Positions 52,376 to 64,000 of a stretch of 64,000 nt of DNA are shown here, in pieces. The position numbers and the translations under genes are program-made. The notes beneath the pieces are model-generated. The model made no database searches and was not told the origin of the DNA. It was given only the letters and a program-made list of their open reading frames with translations. Each line of letters begins with the position of its first letter. Within the stretch, counting starts at the first letter, position 1. Source of the stretch: Macrostomum lignano (Eukaryota); NCBI GenBank assembly GCA_002269645.1, contig NIVC01000460.1:62001-126000 (forward strand), read 5' to 3'.

Positions 52376-55300
52376 TTAGAACCCCTCTCCGGCAGACACC
52401 TCAGTTTCAACGTTTGCTTCTTCATCGGTTGAGGAGGCAGCGTTAAGATGAGCATTAACCAGAGTGAGCAGCACCGGATACACCGCAGCGTATTCACGGA
52501 CACCTCTGGCCTGAGCAGACTTGGCGTAGGCAACCAGGGTGCCCTGGATGAAGCGGAGCCGGTCAGACTCTTCGGGATAATCCAACAGCCAGGATACGTA
52601 CCGGCTTACCTGGAGTTGGATGGTGGGTAGGGGATTAGAGATATGAGATAATATGGGGTCTCTGTGACATACTTGTAGATAAGGGCGATTCTAGATGGGA
52701 TTAAAGGGCGATTCTGGTGGGCGGTTCTAGATGGGAGTAAAGGGCGGTTCTAGTGGATTAAAGGGCGGTTCTAGATGGGAGTAAAGGGCGGTTCTAGTGG
52801 GGATTAAAGGGCAATTCTAGTGGGGATTAAAGGGCGGTTCTAGATAGGATTAAGGAGAACTCTAGATTTTAGTGGGGATTAAAGGGCGATTAAAGATGGG
52901 ATGAGGGCGGTTCTAGATGAGATTAAAGGGCGATTCTAGGTTGGATTAAAGGGCGATTCTAGATTGGATTAAAGGGCGGTTCTAGATGGGATTAAGGAGA
53001 ACTCTAGATTCTAGATGGGATGAGGGCGGTTCTAGATGAGATTAAAGGGCGATTCTAGGTTGGATTAAATGGCGATTCTAGATTGGATTAAAGGGCGATT
53101 AAAGATGGGATGAGGGAGGTTCTAGGTTGGATTACAGGGCGATTCTAGGTTGGATTACAGGGCGATTCTAGATTGGATTAAAGGGCGATTATAGATGGTA
53201 TCTTGGCGGATCTAGTGGGGATTAAAAGGCAATTCTAGCGATCCTGGATTGCGATTAAAGGAAAATTCTAGCAGCATATTCCCAGAGAAAATTCCCTCAA
53301 AACTACTCACCGACCAGCCAGCCGCAGTGTGAGGCGATTGCATATCAACCGGGGCCCTAGAGAACAGGAGGTGAGCCACCAGGCTGGCGGGCAGGGCCTC
53401 CCCAATAGAGGGATTATTGGCCACGTGATGAGCCGATTGAAACAGCAGCGGCCTAAACGCCCTCAATCGTCTGTAGTGCTGGCCAAGGTCGGACATCCTC
53501 CGGCACAGAGGCGACAGGGCCAGCTCTAATTGGGCGCAATCGGCGGCCAATCGGAGTCGGCCAGACTCGGCCAGAGGCCGCACCAGGCTGGCCAATAGGA
53601 GGAAGACTTCGATACACTGGCACGCGATTGGCTGCAGGCTGGTGTACAGGAAATCGCGCTGGCGATAGCTGGCCAAGTATAGCTGGGCTACGCGGCTGAC
53701 AAAGTCCTGCTCGAAGTAAGGGGTCAACCGGTTTAAGAATAAGCCTTTTTTTGCCGACCGTCCTTCGTCATCCTAGTCTCTCCCACTCTACCCTGTCTCC
53801 CTCTCTACCCTGTCTCCCTCTCTACCCTGTCTCTCCCACTCTACCCTGTCTCTCCCACTCTACCCTGTCTCCCAACTCTACCCTGTCTCTCCCACTCTAC
53901 CCTGTCTCCCTCTCTACCCTGTCTCCCTCTCTACCCTGTCTCTCCCACTCTACCCTGTCTCTCCCACTCTACCCTGTCTCTCCCACTCTACCCTGTCTCC
54001 CAACTCTACCCTGTCTCTCCCACTCTACCCTGTCTCCCTCTGTACCGTCTTCCACTCTACCCTGCCTCCCACTCTACCCTGTCTCCCCACTCTACCCTGT
54101 CTCCCCACTCTACCCTGTCTCTCCCACTCTACCCTGTCTCTCCCACTCTACCCTGTCTCCCCCACTCTACCCTGTCTCTCCCACTCTACCCTGTCTCCCC
54201 ACTCTACCCTGCCTCCCACTCTACCCTGTCTCTCCCACTCTACCCTGTCTCCCCCACTCTACCCTGTCTCCCCACTCTACCCTGCCTCCCACTCTACCCT
54301 GTCTCTCCCACTCTACCCTGTCTCCCCCACTCTACCCTGTCTCCCCACTCTACCCTGTCTCCCCACTCTACCCTGTCTCCCCACTCTACCCTGTCTCCCC
54401 ACTCTACCCTGTCTCCCCACTCTACCCTGTCTCCCACTCTACCCTGTCTCTCCCACTCTACCCTGTCTCTCCCACTCTACTCTGTCTCTCCCACTCTACC
54501 CTGCCTCCCACTCTACCCTGTCTCCCCACTCTACCCTGTCTCCCCACTCTACCCTGTCTCTCCCACTCTACCCTGTCTCCCCCTGTACCGTCTCCCACTC
54601 TACCCTGTCTCTCCCACTCTATCCTGTCTCTCCCACTCTACCCTGTCTCCCCCACTCTACCCTGTCTCCCCCACTCTACCCTGTCTCCCCCACTCTACCC
54701 TGTCTCTCCCACTCTACCCTGTCTCTCCCACTCTACCCTGTCTCTCCCACTCTACCCTGTCTCCCCCACTCTACCCTGTCTCTCCCTCTCTACCCTGTCT
54801 CCCCACTCTACCCTGTCTCTCCCACTCTACCCTGTCTCCCACTCTACCCTGTCTCCCACTCTACCCTGTCTCTCCCACTCTACCCTGTCTCCCCCACTCT
54901 ACCCTGTCTCTCCCTCTCTACCCTGTCTCCCCACTCTACCCTGTCTCTCCCACTCTACCCTGTCTCCCACTCTACCCTGTCTCTCCCACTCTACCCTGTC
55001 TCTCCCACTCTACTCTGTCTCTCCCACTCTACCCTGTCTCCCCACTCTACCCTGCCTCCCCACTTTACCCTGCTCCCCACTCTACCCTGTCTCCCCAACT
55101 CTACCTATGTCTAAAGTCTACCCTCTCCCCAATTAATATTTGAGCTTTCAGACCAACAGACCTGCAATTCTCTCATATAGAGTGAGCACTGCTGCTGCTG
55201 CTGCTGTTGCTGCTGCGCTTGTTGCGAAGGCTGATCAAATCGTTCCTGATGCATTGTCAGAAGAATCGCTTCCAAACTATCTTGAACGGAACCTAGCAAC

Positions 55301-58300
55301 GGTTCCAAAGTTTGAGTCATTAATTGGCGCAATTCGGCCAAACTTCCGTCCAACAGGGAGACGGCGTTGTCCGGCAAATCAGCGGATAGCAGGGCCGATC
55401 GAAGATCCTGGCTCAGATGGCCAAGCATGTTTACTAGACTAGCGTTTGTCTGCAAGTTAAGTGTTGGGTAAACGGCTGGGGTAACTATGTATTTTATTGG
55501 ATAACAAAATACCTCGGCATCGTTTTAGTCGATAAAGTATAATCGGAAACAAAAAGTACAGATTTATAAGTCACCTGTTGCCCTTCAGTAGGCGGCCCCA
55601 GCACCTGACTCGCAGTGGCATCCGCCACTCTGGTAGCTTCAGCTTTGCGGCAGACAAACTGCACAGTTTTCACCACATTCTTGGCAATCTTCAGCAGCAG
55701 ATCTTGGTCAACCTGGGTGAATGTCAACTCTGACGTCATGGCTTCGACTATTCGGCGAATTTCGATTTCACTGTTCAATGATTTCTGGCCGCCGCTGAAC
55801 ATGGCGTCCACTGGGTCGAACAGGCGGCTGAGGGATCTGGGAGAAAGTTTATCGAAGGGACATTTTTAGTGACTCGATGGCGCAAACAAACAAAACTCTA
55901 AAACTAGGTGTCACAAACTCCCCCCTCACAGAATGTCAGGAAAAGACCAAGACAATAATGCGAACAAAAGACTTAAGTATGAGCCAATGTGTTCCAATGA
56001 ATCTTGTCTTGTTGGTATCGTGACAATTAAGAGTCAATTTTCAACGGGTGCGACACTAAGTCACAATGGTGCAATCAGTGTAACAAACCCTGTCACAAGC
56101 GTGCAATCAGTGTGACACATCCTGTCACAAGCGTGCAATCAGTGTGACACGTCCTGTCACAATGGTGCAATCAGTGTAACAAACCCTGTCACAAGCGTGC
56201 AATCAGTGTAACAAACCCTGTCACAAGCGTGCAATCAGTGTGACACATCCTGTCACAAGCGTGCAATCAGTGTGACACATCCTGTCACAAGCGTGCAATC
56301 AGTGTGACAAACCCTGTCACAAGCGTGCAATCAGTGTGATACATCCTGTCCCAAGCGTGCAATGTTGCAGGTTTTCCAAGAGACCAAGAAACACCATTGA
56401 CTCAATAAAAAACTAGTTAATGCATAAAGTAAAGAGCAAACCTGGACAGGTAGGCGGCCTCAAAGCTAGCCAGATGAGCCCGACCCAACAGCGGCAATTC
56501 TTCGTCAACAGCCGCTAATCTAGTTGACAAATCATTGGCCGATTTCAACAATCGCGGATATTCGCCTTCGAATGCGTGCTTTAAAAATGCGGACGCGCTG
56601 GCAGCGTTGGCCAGGCTGTCGCGCAGACAGTCGGACAACCAGTCGGCAAATCCGGCCGGGCTGATGGCTTCGGACGCGGCCGGTGACAGCAGGTCGGACA
56701 GGGGTCGCTGAGTGTTTGGGTCGCGTTTTTTAGCCAAAATGCGACGCAGACTGGCCAGAAACTGGGCGCCAGAAATGGCCTCCTCGTTGAGGGCGTCCAG
56801 GCCGGACCAGAGGGCCTGGGAGTAGGCGGCCGACTGGCCCGCTGGCAGGTTGGCGCGGCCGGGCGGGCCTCCGCCGCCACCGGAGCCGCTGCGGGTTGCG
56901 AGATTGGGTTGTAGGGGGGGGGGAGGTGAGATCAGCTACCGTGGAGAGATTCAACTATATGAGAATGCATGAGATTTCAATACAAGGGGTGATATTCGGT
57001 TATAAAGGGATGAGATTCTGTTATAAGAGGACGAGATTCTGTCATTAGGGGATGAGATTCTGTTACAGGGAGATGAGACTCTAAGGGGATGAGGTTCTGT
57101 TATAAGGGGATGAGTTTCGGTTATAAGGGGATGAGTTTCGGTTATAAGGGGATGAGTTTCGGTTATAAGGGGATGAGTTTCGGTTATAAGGGGATGAGTT
57201 TCGGTTATAAGGGGATGAGTTTCGGTTATAAGGGGATGAGTTTCGGTTATAAGGGGATGAGTTTCGGTTATAAGGGGATATTCTGTTACAAGGAGATGAG
57301 ATTCTGTTAAAAGGGGTGAGGTTCTGATATAAGGGGTGAGGTTCTGATATAAGGGGTGAGGTTCTGATATAAGGGGTGAGATTCAGTTATAAGGGGTGAG
57401 GTTCTGATATAAGGGGTGAGATTCTGTTATAAAGGGTGAGGTTCTGATATAAGGGGTGAGATTCTGTTATAAAGGGTGAGGTTCTGATATAAGGGGGTGA
57501 GATTCTGATATAAGGGGATGAGATTCAGTTATAAGGGGATGAGATTCAGTTATAAGGGATGAGATTCGGTTATAAGGGATGAGATTCTGTTAAAAGGGGT
57601 GAAGTTCTGATATCAGGGATCTGTTAAAAGTTGCGCCACGAGGCAGATTTGGTTTCAAGGATGGTAAGATTGAAAATCTCACTCTAACTACTTGCTAACC
57701 TTGCTTCTCACCTTCCATAAGCAGCCTGTCCGGACCCGCTCACAAACGGAGTCTTCTGCATGAGCGAGGACATGTCCAGAGCCGAGCGGATGCGGGTTCG
57801 CAGGTCGGATCTGACCCGGCCGGCCAGGTCAACAATGCAATCGTCCAGCCGGCCAAGGCAGAATACGGCGTGTAGGCAGGTCGCCAGTTGGGGATGCGGA
57901 GCGCCGGACGCAGCGACCGAGCCAACCTGAAATCGTTTTTAGACAGCCACTGAACGTAAATGCCAGATTAACCTAGCAGAGGAAAAAGTAATAATTTTTT
58001 ACCCTAGCAACGGGAGACATTATCTCTGCAGTTAAATCTCACCCCCTCATAACCGAATCTCACCCCTCATAACCGAATCTCACCCCCTTATTAATAACCG
58101 AATCTCATCCCCTTATAACAGAATCTCACCCCTCATAACCGAATCTCACCCCTCATAGCCGAACCTCACCCCTCATAATCGAATCTCACCCCTCATAACC
58201 GAATCTCACCCCTCATAACCGAATCTCACCCCTCATAACCGAATCTCACCTCCCTCATAACCGAATCTCACCTCCCTCATAACCGAATCTCACCCCTCAT

Positions 58301-60276
58301 AACCGAATCTAACCCCCCTTATTAATAACCGAATCTCATCCCCTTATAACAGAATCTCACCCCTCATAATCGAATCTCACCCCTCATAACCGAATCTCAC
58401 CTCCCTCATAACCGAATCTCACCTCCCTCATAACCGAATCTCACCCCTCATAACCGAATCTAACCCCCCTTATTAATAACCGAATCTTATCCCCTTATAA
58501 CAGAATCTCACCCCTCATAACCGAATCTCACCCCCTCATAACCGAATCTCACCACTCATAACCCAATCTCCGCCCTAAACAGAATCTCACCCCTTATAAC
58601 AGAATCCCACCCCTTAACAGAATCTCACCCCCTCATGACCAAATCTTACCCCATAATTATTGAATCTCACCCCTCAAAACCGAATCTCGTATACTCATAA
58701 CTGAATGTCACCACCCTTATTAATCTCACACCATATGATTGAAAATTTACTGCCTAATTTACCCTAGCAACGGGAGACATGGTTGCTTGTTTACCCTTGC
58801 GACTGGAAAATCATTGATTATGTATCCTAGCAACAGGAAATATATACTGATTACCCTAGCAACGCGAATGAGATTGTTTATTAATTTACCCTGGCCACAC
58901 AATTGAAGCTTTCTGTTTACATTAGCAACAGCAACTCACTGCGCTTGAAGAGCCGATTCCGCGAGCATCTACCAGCAGGGCGGTGGCCCGCGTCTCCGCC
59001 GCCTCGCGCCAACGGGCAAAGCGCCGATGCTCCCTCTCTAGCGCGTGCACTCCGCGCCAATCCAAGCCGGAGAATTGGTGGCCCAGATCGCCCAGAGTCT
59101 GCGCCACTTTGCCCAGCTGATCCTCCGGCAAGGTGGCAGCCTCTTCAACCCCGGCCGCCGGCTGCGGCGGCAGCTTCTTGGCCAGAGCGAAAATTCGACC
59201 CGACCGGCGCAGGAAATCACAGGCCGATTGAACCCGGCGCAGATGGAGAACCCGCTGCTCAAGCCTGGCGTACGGCTCCCCGATCCTGGCTCGAATCTTT
59301 TTTAATCCCTGCAGCAGGGCGTCTGTTCGAGACTGGACTACGGAGAGCACGGATTCCAATGTGTCAATGCCGCTGGCTCGGGACAGAAGGTCTTTGTGAT
59401 GACGGACCACGTGACGCTCGATGTCGCTTTCGAGCCTGCTCAATGAGTAGGGACAGGCTCTTTCACTCTCACTGAAGCTTCCCATACCCTCAGTGAAGCT
59501 CTTTCACTCTCACTGAAGCTTCCCATACCCTCAGTGAAGCTCTTTCACTCTCCCCGAAGCTCTCGATACTCTCCCTGAAGCTTCATTACTCTCCCTGAGC
59601 TCCATTACTCTCACTGAAGCTCCCCATACTCTCACTGAAGCTCCTCATACTCTCACTGAAGCTCCCCATACTCTCACTGAAGCTCCCCATACTCTCACTG
59701 AAGCTCCCCATACTCTCACTGAAGCTCCCCATACTCTCACTGAAGCTCCTCATACTCTCACTGAAGCTCCCCATACTCTCACTGAAGCTCCCCATACTCT
59801 CACTGAAGCTCCCCATACTCTCCCTGAAGCTCCTCATACCCTCATTGAAACTCACTACTCATTTCAAAGATTTTCTACTCTCCCTGAAGTTCCAAAAATC
59901 TTCCTGAAGCCCTTCAATCATCCTGAAGCCCTTCAATTATCCTGAAGCCCTTCAATCATCCTGAAGCCCTTCAATCATCCTGAAGCCATCATTCTTCTTG
60001 AATCCCTTTTACTTTCCTTGAATCCAAGTTTCCCTTAGTCCAGTACCCATAAATAATACTTCTTCTTGTACTCTACTATATTAAATGAAATAGTCAGACT
60101 ATTTTTGTTAGTAACAATAAAACTAATCAAGCAACTCACTTTCCAATGCAGGCGTCAATCTTTTCAATAACCTCGCTAACAACTTGGGTTTGCAGCACAT
60201 TGATAGCGAATGATTTCTCATCGAAACTGTCACCTTCAAACACTGCCAAAAAATTGTCTGCTTCTTCGCCGTTCAT
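52376..60276 (-). CDS. COG5: Conserved oligomeric Golgi complex subunit 5, 821 aa. Exons 60276-60140, 59435-58940, 57926-57712, 56888-56442, 55827-55575, 55449-55162, 53706-53311, 52609-52376
   Basis: Motifs HVVRHHKDLLSRASGIDTLESVL..VQ.R, L.RVQSACDFLRR..RI..LAKKL, GPPGRA.LP, LAKKRDP, FEGEYPRLL, FEAAYLSRLFDPV..MF, ASQVLGPPTEGQ, CSLYMRELQDFVSRV, LVRPLAESGRLRLAADCAQLELALSPLCRR.SDLG..YR.LRAFRPLLFQ, SPH...GWS.SRYVSWL..Y.EE.DRL.FI.GTL..Y. All seven GT-AG junctions are phase-consistent (total 2466 nt). Confidence 0.93.
52680..53240. repeat. ~23-bp minisatellite TTCTAGATGGGATTAAAGGGCGA (COG5 intron 7)
   Basis: Direct reading. Confidence 0.9.
53765..55130. repeat. 17-20-bp minisatellite CTCTACCCTGTCTCCCCA (COG5 intron 6)
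   Basis: Direct reading. Confidence 0.95.
56085..56362. repeat. 32-bp hairpin-containing minisatellite GTCACAAGCGTGCAATCAGTGTGACACATCCT (COG5 intron 4)
   Basis: Direct reading; TGTCACA...TGTGACA inverted pair inside each unit; no unique spacers. Confidence 0.9.
56990..57610. repeat. 20-21-bp minisatellite AAGGGGATGAGATTCTGTTAT (COG5 intron 3)
   Basis: Direct reading. Confidence 0.95.
58030..58700. repeat. 20-21-bp minisatellite ATAACCGAATCTCACCCCTC (COG5 intron 2); reverse complement of the 56990-57610 family
   Basis: Direct reading and manual reverse complement. Confidence 0.95.
59460..59990. repeat. 21-bp ACTCTCACTGAAGCTCCCCAT and 19-bp CCTGAAGCCCTTCAATCAT arrays (COG5 intron 1)
   Basis: Direct reading. 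Confidence 0.9.
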
Positions 60277-61457
60277 TTGTATTAGTATTGATCTGAATTA
60301 GCAATTTATGAGTAGTTTATCAATTACACTCATTTGACTAAGATCTTTTCAACAGAAGTAAAAATAATAAAAAAACATGTGTTATTTAATGTTATTTACT
60401 CTCATCTGAAAGTTTACATGGTAGTGGCAGCAAACTACTACTTTTAGTAACCAAACAAAAAAGTTACAAAATTTATGGGATTTCATTTATAATTCTTTAA
60501 GCTTATTTAATCTGATATACTCAGTAAGTATATGTAGCCTTCTTAGAAATATTGATAGTTTATTAAATAAATTTGTTTGCTACTTTAGGAACTAAAAAAA
60601 TCAAATTTTGAATTGGTATTGATATTGAATATCCCTACAACCAATTTGAGCAGCTTCACTTTATAGAGCAAAGCATCTTGAATCTGGCAAAAAAAAGCCT
60701 GAAACAAAGTAGATCCTTTAGAAATGAGACTATATTGCTGCATAAAAATATTTGTTAGTTCCCTTGTATAGACTACTTGGCTATGAATCTAAATATACTT
60801 CTATCTCAGAAAGGGAAACTTGACAAACAATTCTAATCAAGTGGCACATTTGTTAAAATTGATAGTTTAAAGAAACTAAATAGCAAATTTAAATTTAGCC
60901 AGAGTCAAATTCATTATGCTACTTCTCAATCCAAGCCATACATAACCTCTAAAACTAAACTATACTAGCTATAACTTATTTATGATTGAAAATATGAATT
61001 CATTTGCAACTCAAAAAAACAAAATAAAAATATCTAATTCATTGTTTAAAAACTGTCAAAAAACCCACTATATAGAAATTAAACATTTGAAGATTCAAAT
61101 TGGGTTTTTAGTATTTTATAACAAATTCACCAAAACAATTTATATGTTGCACATATTAGAGAAATAAAATATAGGTCCTAGCATAGCTAAGCATATGAGT
61201 AACAAATCTACTAAATTCAAGACCCAAATAAATGTTCCAAAAAGATGACCAGTACAGCTAAAATATCTATAAGTATATATCTTAGCCAATTGCCATACTT
61301 GAAAATTTATTCTAATAAGACCTTTAACCATTTTGCTAAAATCTATTATATATTTACCTTTTCAAAGCCAACTCATTTTTCAAAATTCAAAATTCAAATC
61401 CAAATATCTTAACATGTTTCCAAATGTAAGCAAAAAGTAAAAAGTAAATGGCAAGAG

Positions 61458-63352
61458 ATGTATTCAGTAAATGTTTAACAAAACTGTCTATTTAGTACGC
61501 AAGACAGTGTAAATTTTTAGACTTTTTTATGCATGTCTCTGCTTTAAAAAGACACATCAGACACACACAAAGACACTATACAAGCTGAGATATTCCCTAG
61601 CAACGGTTGTTATGACATTTCCCAATATACCAAATACTGTATATGGTCATTTTTAGAGGAGCCGCTACATTGTTGCACTTTGCTCTTTCTGAATGAAAAT
61701 TGCACAGCTGCTTTATGCATGTCTCTACTTTAAAAATATACCCAGACACACTCAAAGACATCTTACAAGCTGAGATATTCCCTGGCAACAGTTGTTACAA
61801 TGTTTCCCAATATACCAAATACCATATTTGGTCATTTTTTGAGGAGCCATTACATTGTGGCACTTTGCTCTTTCTGAATGAACAGAATGAATGCACAGCT
61901 GCTTCACACATGTCTCTGCTTTAAAAAGACACCCCAGACACACCACAAATATGTTTCACAAGCTGAGATATTCTTTAGCAATAGTTGTTACGACATTTTC
62001 TAGATATACCCAATGCTGTTTGATGTTGCTGTTTGAATCATATAACCTTTTTTTCAGAAGCTGTGCTCTTTCTGCATGAAAATTGCACTGCTACTTTACA
62101 CATGCCTTGCTGTAAAAAGACACATTAAAGACCAACAAAGATGCTTCACAAGCTAAGATAATCTTTAGCAATGGTTATTACTATGTTTTCTAAATACTTA
62201 GTACACTGAATGCCTGTCTTTGGCATTTGCACATTCTCCAGTTGTTCGGTAGGCGATTTTGCTTACCCTTGTCAGAACTGTCAATTGCGAATTGCTTCGA
62301 GACTGGGTCAATTTTGCCCAACAACCTGGCCCAACAATAACAAATTTTTTTGTTTATGACAGAAAGTTCTAAACTCACAAAGGACACAGACATACATCTA
62401 CATATATGTATAAAATCTTTCACTCTGTGGTCTTTCCGACTGGAATGGGAATGCAATGTTTGAGCAGAAAGAAAGTGTCTATGGCCCAATTTTGACCCAT
62501 CTGACTGAAATGGAGAGTGACAAATATCTTCACTGTCTTGAAGAAGTTAAATACTACCTAACATTTTTTACATATGCTCTCAATAATCTTACCTTAATAA
62601 TAATAATAGTAGTACAGTATATAATCATAGTAGTATTGGTAATAATAACAGGACAGTAACATTAATAGTAACAATATTAATATTAATAATAATAAAAAAA
62701 TAATAAATCCAAAAAGCATTTATTATTATTATAAAAAAATAATATTAATTTTAATAGTATTCAGTGTACTTAGTATTTAGAAAACATCGTAACAACCATT
62801 GCTAAAGAATATCTCAGCTTGTGAAACATATTTGTGGTGTGTCTGGGGTGTCTTTTTAAAGAAGAGACATGCGTAAAGCAGCTGTGCAATTTTTATTCAG
62901 AAAGAGCAAAGTGTAACAATGTAGTTGGCTTCCCAAAAAATGACCATATATGGTATTTGGTAATATTGGGAAATGTTGTAACAACCATTGCTAAGGAATA
63001 TCTCAGCTTGTGAAGTATTTTTGTGTATGTCTGGGATGTATTTTTAAGGTAGAGACATGCATAAAGCAGCTGTGCATTTTTTATTCAGAAAGAGCAAAGT
63101 GCGACAATGTAGCAGCTCCTCAAAAATGACCATATATGGTATTCAGTATATTGGGAAACTTTATAACAACCATTGCTAGGGAATATCTCAGCTTCTGAAG
63201 CATCTTTGTGTGTGTCTGATGTGTTAAAATAGACACATGCGTAAAAAGTTAAAAATGTACACTATCTTGCATACTAAATAGACAATTTTGTTAACCATTT
63301 ACTGAACAATTTCTAAATGTCTATCTGAATGTCTGTTGGGAAACCAATACAT
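61458..63352. mobile_element. Foldback/Mutator-like non-autonomous DNA transposon with long, internally repetitive TIRs
   Basis: Perfect 9-bp TSD TGGCAAGAG (61449-61457 and 63353-63361). Ends ATGTATT...AATACAT. Left arm ~61458-62200 is ~3.5 tandem ~190-bp units; right arm ~62760-63352 is their reverse complement; ~560-bp spacer. Confidence 0.88.
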
Positions 63353-64000
63353 TGGCAAGAGTAACAATAACACTTTTAAGTTATGATTAGGCCCAATACT
63401 TAAACAATGATTACCTTAAAATATTATTGCAACTTTAGGTTTAATGCCCTAAAGGTCCCAAAGTAAATAACTTTATTTAATAAAACTTTTTAACTATATG
63501 TTACTTTAAAACTTACAATTGTAAAATGAAAAAAAAACACTAAATTTTACCTTTTTAATTCTTAATTTACTAGCCTAATTAATTTCCTATTTCAAAAGTT
63601 TTATTTCTTAAATGTTTGCATTTGTTTTGGTTTCTTGATTTTTTTAGATTTGGAAGCACATTAAAAATATTTGGAAAGAGTTTTTGAATCCAAAACATTT
63701 ATATTTTTAAAAATAAAACATTTTTTCATTTTAGTCATAGATTTCAAATTCAAATCCAATATTGGATCCATCACTATTTATTGAATATTAATACTAGTAA
63801 GGAGTCTAATAAAAACTTATTTTTTGGAGCAGTTAGAAAGTGGTCTGATAACTGATATATTATGGTTAAAATATAATTGGTCTAAGATATGATAATGAGC
63901 TTAGGCCTTTATTTATTGAAAAAGGAAAAAATCATTTTTAAATCATGTAGGCCTACACAAGGCATCAGGCTTTGGCAAGCACTTGGTAATTTCTTAGCAG

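Noticed and set aside
56085-56362. Hairpin-bearing 32-bp repeats (and the 45-bp array at 23790-24722) as a CRISPR array
   Set aside because: Units are contiguous with no unique spacers, no cas genes are present, and the context is eukaryotic introns.
61330-63700. A larger, older inverted repeat outside the foldback element (61370-61440 vs ~63640-63690)
   Set aside because: Similarity is short and in very AT-rich sequence; no TSD found, so it could be chance.

Overview
Eukaryotic (animal) genomic DNA, not prokaryotic. GC-rich exons with poly-Gln/Ala runs sit between introns filled with minisatellites. This architecture resembles free-living flatworms such as Macrostomum (inference, not verifiable here). 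Most long ORFs in the supplied track are repeat artefacts. I rebuilt spliced models by hand from GT-AG sites and phase consistency. The minus strand carries five consecutive co-oriented genes: COG5 (8 exons), a myosin-like gene whose motor has lost the P-loop and switch I/II, an acyl-CoA oxidase with an N-terminal PTS2-type motif, TCEANC2 (no ATG of its own in the exon) and UTP25 (3 exons). Also present: an unknown spliced membrane-protein gene on the + strand (12.8-23.6 kb), a tandem pair of paralogous low-complexity-protein genes (5.4-8.8 kb) and an intronless antisense ORF nested in the myosin-like gene. Mobile elements are a multiply deleted Ty3/Gypsy element, a 1.9-kb solo-LTR-like insertion, a CORE-type tRNA SINE and a 1.9-kb foldback/MULE-like element with a 9-bp TSD. 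There is also a degraded 28S rRNA fragment covering the R2 target site. No CRISPR array and no intact rRNA or tRNA gene. The best leads are: a candidate spliced-leader trans-spliced operon, possibly supplying TCEANC2's start codon; the catalytically dead myosin; and reverse-complementary minisatellite arrays flanking one COG5 exon. Repeat-array boundaries are approximate (about +/-20 bp).
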